Part shown: in pieces, positions 16,514 to 20,000 of the stretch
How positions within the stretch are numbered: the first letter of the stretch is position 1
How the letters are laid out: every line of letters starts with the position of its first letter
Source of the DNA: an uncultured virus (IMG/VR IMGVR_UViG_2897137741_000002)
Lineage: Duplodnaviria; Heunggongvirae; Uroviricota; Caudoviricetes
Virus record (IMG/VR): IMGVR_UViG_2897137741_000002
Span: 117,587-137,586 of that record
Reading direction: 5' to 3' (one strand)
DNA: 20,000 nt
Translations under genes and position numbers: made by a program
The notes under the pieces: model-generated
What the model saw: the letters and a program-made list of their open reading frames with translations, nothing else
Database searches by the model: none
What the model was told of the DNA's origin: nothing

Positions 16514-18214
16514 TTGCTTATATTAAAGGGAGATCAAAAGCTAAGTACGGACAATATAATGCATTTGATTGGCAAAATTAATGCATTGATTTATGCCAGA
16601 GTATCAACAACAGATCAAGCTAATAAGGGTTTTTCAATTGAGTCACAAATAGAAAGGTGTAAAGAAAGAGCAATCTCTAAATTTGGATACAAGGAAAGCG
16701 AAATAATTGCGTTAGTTGAACCGGGGGGCATGGGAGATGATCCAAACCGGCCAGCTCTTAATCACGCCTTATATTTATTAGAAAAAGGACTAGGAAAAAA
16801 ATTCATAGTATTACACCCAGATCGTCTAACTAGAGATAACACCTTACAGGGTGTGGTATCAAGAAGAATATGGGGTATGGGTGTTGATATCGAGTTTATT
16901 GAATTTGAAGTAAATCCTCATGATCCTGAATCAATGCTGATGTACAACATTCAAGGTTCAATTGCACAGTACAATAAGGCGAAAATTCATGCTAACTCAA
17001 AGCGAGGAAGATTGGCTAAAGCAAAGAAAGGTGAATTTCCTTCATTTAAAAGGTTGTATGGGTACAAATTTAATACAGTGACAGATCTTCCTGAGTATAA
17101 CGAAGAAGAAAAAGAAATATTGCTTGAAATGAAGGATATGCTCTTAAACAAAAAAATGTCCTCGAATGAAATTGCTAAAGAACTTTCAAGAAGGGGAGTT
17201 GCTGCTCCTAACGGAAAGACTTGGTATCAGGCAACTGTAAGTAGAATGTTGCAGAATGAAGATTACACAGGTGATTTTTATTATGGAAAGTCAAAAGTTG
17301 TTCAAATTAACGGTAAGAAGAAACAGGTGCCGACAAACAAAGACGAATGGATATTGATAAAGATTCCTCCAATGTGGGATAAAGCTACACGAGAGCAAAT
17401 CATTGAGCGATTGAAGAGCAACTTTAAGGGAAGAAGTCGAGCTACTAAAGACTATTTGCTGAAAAACAAGGCGAAATGTGGTCGTTGTGGAGGGGCATGT
17501 GGCTCAGGAATAACTTCTAAAACTAAATCAGGCGTATATAAGTATTATTCTTGTAGAGCAAAGACTGCAAAAGGATATCAAAATGGCAAGAAAGTTGTTT
17601 CATGTGAAGGTAAGAAATGGAGAGTCGATATCGTTGATGAAGTTTTTTGGAACTGGTTTATAAAACTCCTGAAGAATCCAGAGAAATTTCTAGAATCATT
17701 TTTAGAGGAAGCGTCTGATCAAAAGAAAATCGATGAACTCAAAGCAAAAGCAAGTCGACTAGAAAAACAACTCGGTGAGATAGATGAAGAAATAGCAAAT
17801 TATGTAATTCTTTTTGGGAAAGGGAAAATTAAAGAAAGTATGTTCGACCAACTGTCTCAGCCATTGGAACAGAACAAAGAGCATATTGAGAATGAGATTA
17901 AAATAATTAATTCACAATTGGCTGCAAATAAACAAACTGAAGACAAAAAACAAAAAATGATCGAGTATATTGGCTCGTTCTCTAAAATGATTAAAAATGA
18001 AATTACAATAGAAGAAAAACGGCAATTCCTTGATTTCTTCATTGAAAAAGTAACTCTGTTTGATGATGATCATATGGAAGTTGTATGGAAAAGTTCTTCA
18101 CTTAATAATGAAAACAGCCATGTGGATTTTCTTAACGGCGAGCAGGGAGGGGAGTTTATAAACTCGCATAAAAGACTAAACCATATTCAAGCATATGGAA
18201 GACAAACAGCATGA
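16514..18214 (+). CDS. Large serine recombinase (prophage integrase, SprA-like)
   Basis: YARVST catalytic Ser, DRLTR, LYGY recombinase domain, CGRCG...YYSC...C zinc ribbon and coiled coil; GGAGG SD, TTG start. Confidence 0.96.
   Translation: MLILKGDQKLSTDNIMHLIGKINALIYARVSTTDQANKGFSIESQIERCKERAISKFGYKESEIIALVEPGGMGDDPNRPALNHALYLLEKGLGKKFIVLHPDRLTRDNTLQGVVSRRIWGMGVDIEFIEFEVNPHDPESMLMYNIQGSIAQYNKAKIHANSKRGRLAKAKKGEFPSFKRLYGYKFNTVTDLPEYNEEEKEILLEMKDMLLNKKMSSNEIAKELSRRGVAAPNGKTWYQATVSRMLQNEDYTGDFYYGKSKVVQINGKKKQVPTNKDEWILIKIPPMWDKATREQIIERLKSNFKGRSRATKDYLLKNKAKCGRCGGACGSGITSKTKSGVYKYYSCRAKTAKGYQNGKKVVSCEGKKWRVDIVDEVFWNWFIKLLKNPEKFLESFLEEASDQKKIDELKAKASRLEKQLGEIDEEIANYVILFGKGKIKESMFDQLSQPLEQNKEHIENEIKIINSQLAANKQTEDKKQKMIEYIGSFSKMIKNEITIEEKRQFLDFFIEKVTLFDDDHMEVVWKSSSLNNENSHVDFLNGEQGGEFINSHKRLNHIQAYGRQTA
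18170..18205. other. Prophage-host junction (attR relative to spoVK orientation), crossover near 18187-18190
   Basis: SpoVK residues K-H-M-E-D begin at AAG18189. Upstream codons do not fit the recalled SpoVK sequence (...DTLV). GC content rises downstream. The exact crossover dinucleotide cannot be determined here. Confidence 0.75.
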
Positions 18215-18605
18215 GTTTATTTTGATACTCGCCGGATATTCACGGGAAATGGATCATTTTCTCTCGTTAAATCCCGGTCTCCAATCAAGATTTCCCATTT
18301 CCATTGATTTTCCGGATTACTCTGTGACACAGCTCATGGAGATTGCGAAACGAATGATCGATGAAAGGGAATACCAGCTCAGTCAAGAAGCTGAATGGAA
18401 ATTGAAAGATTACTTAATGACAGTGAAAAGCACGACAAGTCCCATTAAATTCAGCAATGGACGTTTTGTCAGAAATGTGATCGAAAAATCGATCAGAGCA
18501 CAAGCCATGAGGCTTTTAATGGGAGACCAATACTTAAAAAGCGACTTGATGACCATCAAAAGCCAAGATCTTTCCATTAAAGAAGAAGCATCTGGATCTG
18601 CATAG
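18189..18605 (+). pseudogene. spoVK: 3' half of spoVK (AAA+ sporulation ATPase), split by the prophage
   Basis: ILAGY..EMD.FL..NPGL.SRF...IDFPDYS and FSNGRFVRN motifs of the SpoVK/CbbX family. Walker A and B are absent. Upstream of hflX as in B. subtilis. Confidence 0.93.
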
Positions 18606-18635
18606 ACCTCTCAGTTTTTGAGAGGTCTGTTTTTT
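18604..18635 (+). terminator. Rho-independent terminator after spoVK
   Basis: AGACCTCTCA-GTTTT-TGAGAGGTCT followed by GTTTTTT. Confidence 0.88.
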
Positions 18636-18737
18636 GCTCGTATTTCCGCTTTTCAAAGCAATCGATTTGTGGTATACACATGCAGGGTTTGGTATGATAA
18701 TACTACTGCCCAATATGCAAAAGAAAGGAACATCCAT

Positions 18738-20000
18738 TTGAACGAACAAGAAACGATTCAGGAGAAAGCCATTTTAGTCGGATGTCAGCTGCCGCATATC
18801 ACGGATGAGCATTTTGAAAATTCTATGGAAGAGCTAGCATCTCTGACGAAAACAGCAGACGGAAAAGTACTGACCAGCGTCACACAAAAACGGAACAGGG
18901 CTGACGCCGCTACATATATAGGAAAAGGGAAGGTAGAAGAGCTGAAGGCACTGGTGGAAGAGCTTGAAGCTGATCTCCTCATCTTTAATGATGAACTGTC
19001 GCCAAGTCAGCTGAAGTCATTGGCAACAGCAATTGAAGTGAAGATGATTGACCGCACGCAATTGATATTAGATATTTTTGCAAAGCGGGCGAGAACGAGA
19101 GAAGGCAAACTTCAAATTGAGCTGGCTCAGCTGCAATATGCACTGCCGCGTCTGACGGGACAAGGGATCAACCTTTCCCGGCAAGGCGGTGGAATTGGGG
19201 CAAGAGGTCCCGGGGAAACGAAACTGGAAACCGACCGCCGCCATATCAGAAATCGCATTCATGAAATCAACACACAGCTTTCCACTGTCATTCGCCATAG
19301 AAGCCGATACCGTGAAAGAAGAAAGAAAAACGGTGTGCTTCAAATTGCGCTTGTCGGCTATACAAACGCAGGGAAATCAACATGGTTCAACCGTCTGACG
19401 AGTGCTGACAGCTATGAAGAAGACCTCCTGTTTGCCACGCTCGATCCGATGACCAGAAAAATGGTCCTGCCAAGCGGCTACAGTGTTCTTCTATCAGATA
19501 CAGTAGGATTTATTCAGGATCTTCCGACGACATTGATTGCTGCATTCCGCTCAACGCTTGAGGAAGTAAAAGAAGCGGATTTAATTCTGCATTTAATTGA
19601 TTCTTCAAATGAGGATTATGTGGGACATGAAAAAACAGTGCTTCGGCTGCTTGAGGAGCTTGAAGCAGATGATATCCCGATGCTGACGGCTTACAATAAA
19701 CGTGATCAAAAACTGCCTGATTTTATACCGTCCGCCGGAAGGGATCACATTATGGTCAGTGCGAAATTTGAGGACGACGCTGAAATCTTTAAAGAAGCGA
19801 TTCAGCGCTATTTGCGCCAAGAACTGTTAACGTCTTTTGAAGCACATGTGCCGGCAAGTGAAGGGAAGCTCCTTTCCAGAATCAAATCGGAAACGATGGT
19901 AGACCGCTTCTATTTTAATGAAGAAAATGAACAGTATGACATATCCGGCTATGTCCAAGAAGAGCAAAGTATCATCGGTGAATTAAAGAAGTATATGTAG
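18738..20000 (+). CDS. hflX: GTPase HflX (YnbA), 420 aa
   Basis: AGAAAGGA SD, TTG18738; [31 protein letters not shown] and NKRD motifs; stop TAG at 19998-20000. Confidence 0.97.
   Translation: MNEQETIQEKAILVGCQLPHITDEHFENSMEELASLTKTADGKVLTSVTQKRNRADAATYIGKGKVEELKALVEELEADLLIFNDELSPSQLKSLATAIEVKMIDRTQLILDIFAKRARTREGKLQIELAQLQYALPRLTGQGINLSRQGGGIGARGPGETKLETDRRHIRNRIHEINTQLSTVIRHRSRYRERRKKNGVLQIALVGYTNAGKSTWFNRLTSADSYEEDLLFATLDPMTRKMVLPSGYSVLLSDTVGFIQDLPTTLIAAFRSTLEEVKEADLILHLIDSSNEDYVGHEKTVLRLLEELEADDIPMLTAYNKRDQKLPDFIPSAGRDHIMVSAKFEDDAEIFKEAIQRYLRQELLTSFEAHVPASEGKLLSRIKSETMVDRFYFNEENEQYDISGYVQEEQSIIGELKKYM

Larger units (their letters stand above)
1..18188. mobile_element. SPbeta/phi3T-like prophage, right end, integrated in spoVK (continues beyond the left edge of the window)
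   Basis: AT-rich, densely packed phage genes in SPbeta yos/yot order (intron-containing nrdE/nrdF, dUTPase, thyA, sspC, phosphoesterase, RecU-like), ending in a serine recombinase. Abrupt switch to host spoVK sequence (K-H-M-E-D-K-Q-H) at about 18189. Confidence 0.95.

Noticed and set aside
18195..18605. Independent 136-aa gene starting at ATG18195
   Set aside because: No SD at usable spacing; it is the C-terminal fragment of spoVK. Low-level coupled translation cannot be excluded.
18618..18737. N-terminal extension of hflX (track start 18618)
   Set aside because: It begins inside the spoVK terminator. The SD supports TTG18738.
1992..19820. Remaining short minus-strand or alternate-frame track ORFs inside nrdE, nrdF, thyA, yotB, the integrase and hflX
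   Set aside because: They are nested in well-supported genes with no SD or recognisable motif.

Overview
Right-hand end (about 1-18188) of an SPbeta/phi3T-like prophage of a Bacillus subtilis-group host, followed by host chromosome. The phage part is a mostly + strand early-type region. It carries yosI-L-like genes (the YosL-like protein has a MazE-like C-terminus) and a class Ib ribonucleotide reductase cluster: nrdI, nrdE split by a 252-nt group I intron, nrdF split by an 808-nt group I intron encoding an HNH endonuclease, and a thioredoxin-like gene. It also carries dUTPase, thyA-dfr, sspC, a metallophosphoesterase, many small hypothetical genes, an HTH gene, a RecU-like resolvase, a 48-aa candidate recombination directionality factor (RDF) and a large serine recombinase. 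The prophage interrupts the sporulation gene spoVK; the 3' half of spoVK and hflX follow. Main observations: (1) the recombinase ORF reads across the att junction, so its C-terminus is host-encoded only in the integrated state; (2) a sigmaE-like promoter precedes the candidate RDF; (3) an 18-bp palindrome ATAAAA-N6-TTTTAT recurs at eight gene boundaries; (4) four ORFs have strong SDs but ATA/ATT/ATC starts; (5) an antisense hydrophobic peptide with a sequestered SD lies between nrdE and nrdF; (6) a tandem pair of paralogous unknown proteins; (7) an exact 127-bp duplication frameshifts nrdF and is probably an assembly artefact. SPbeta gene names come from recalled sequence, size and synteny, not from a database search.
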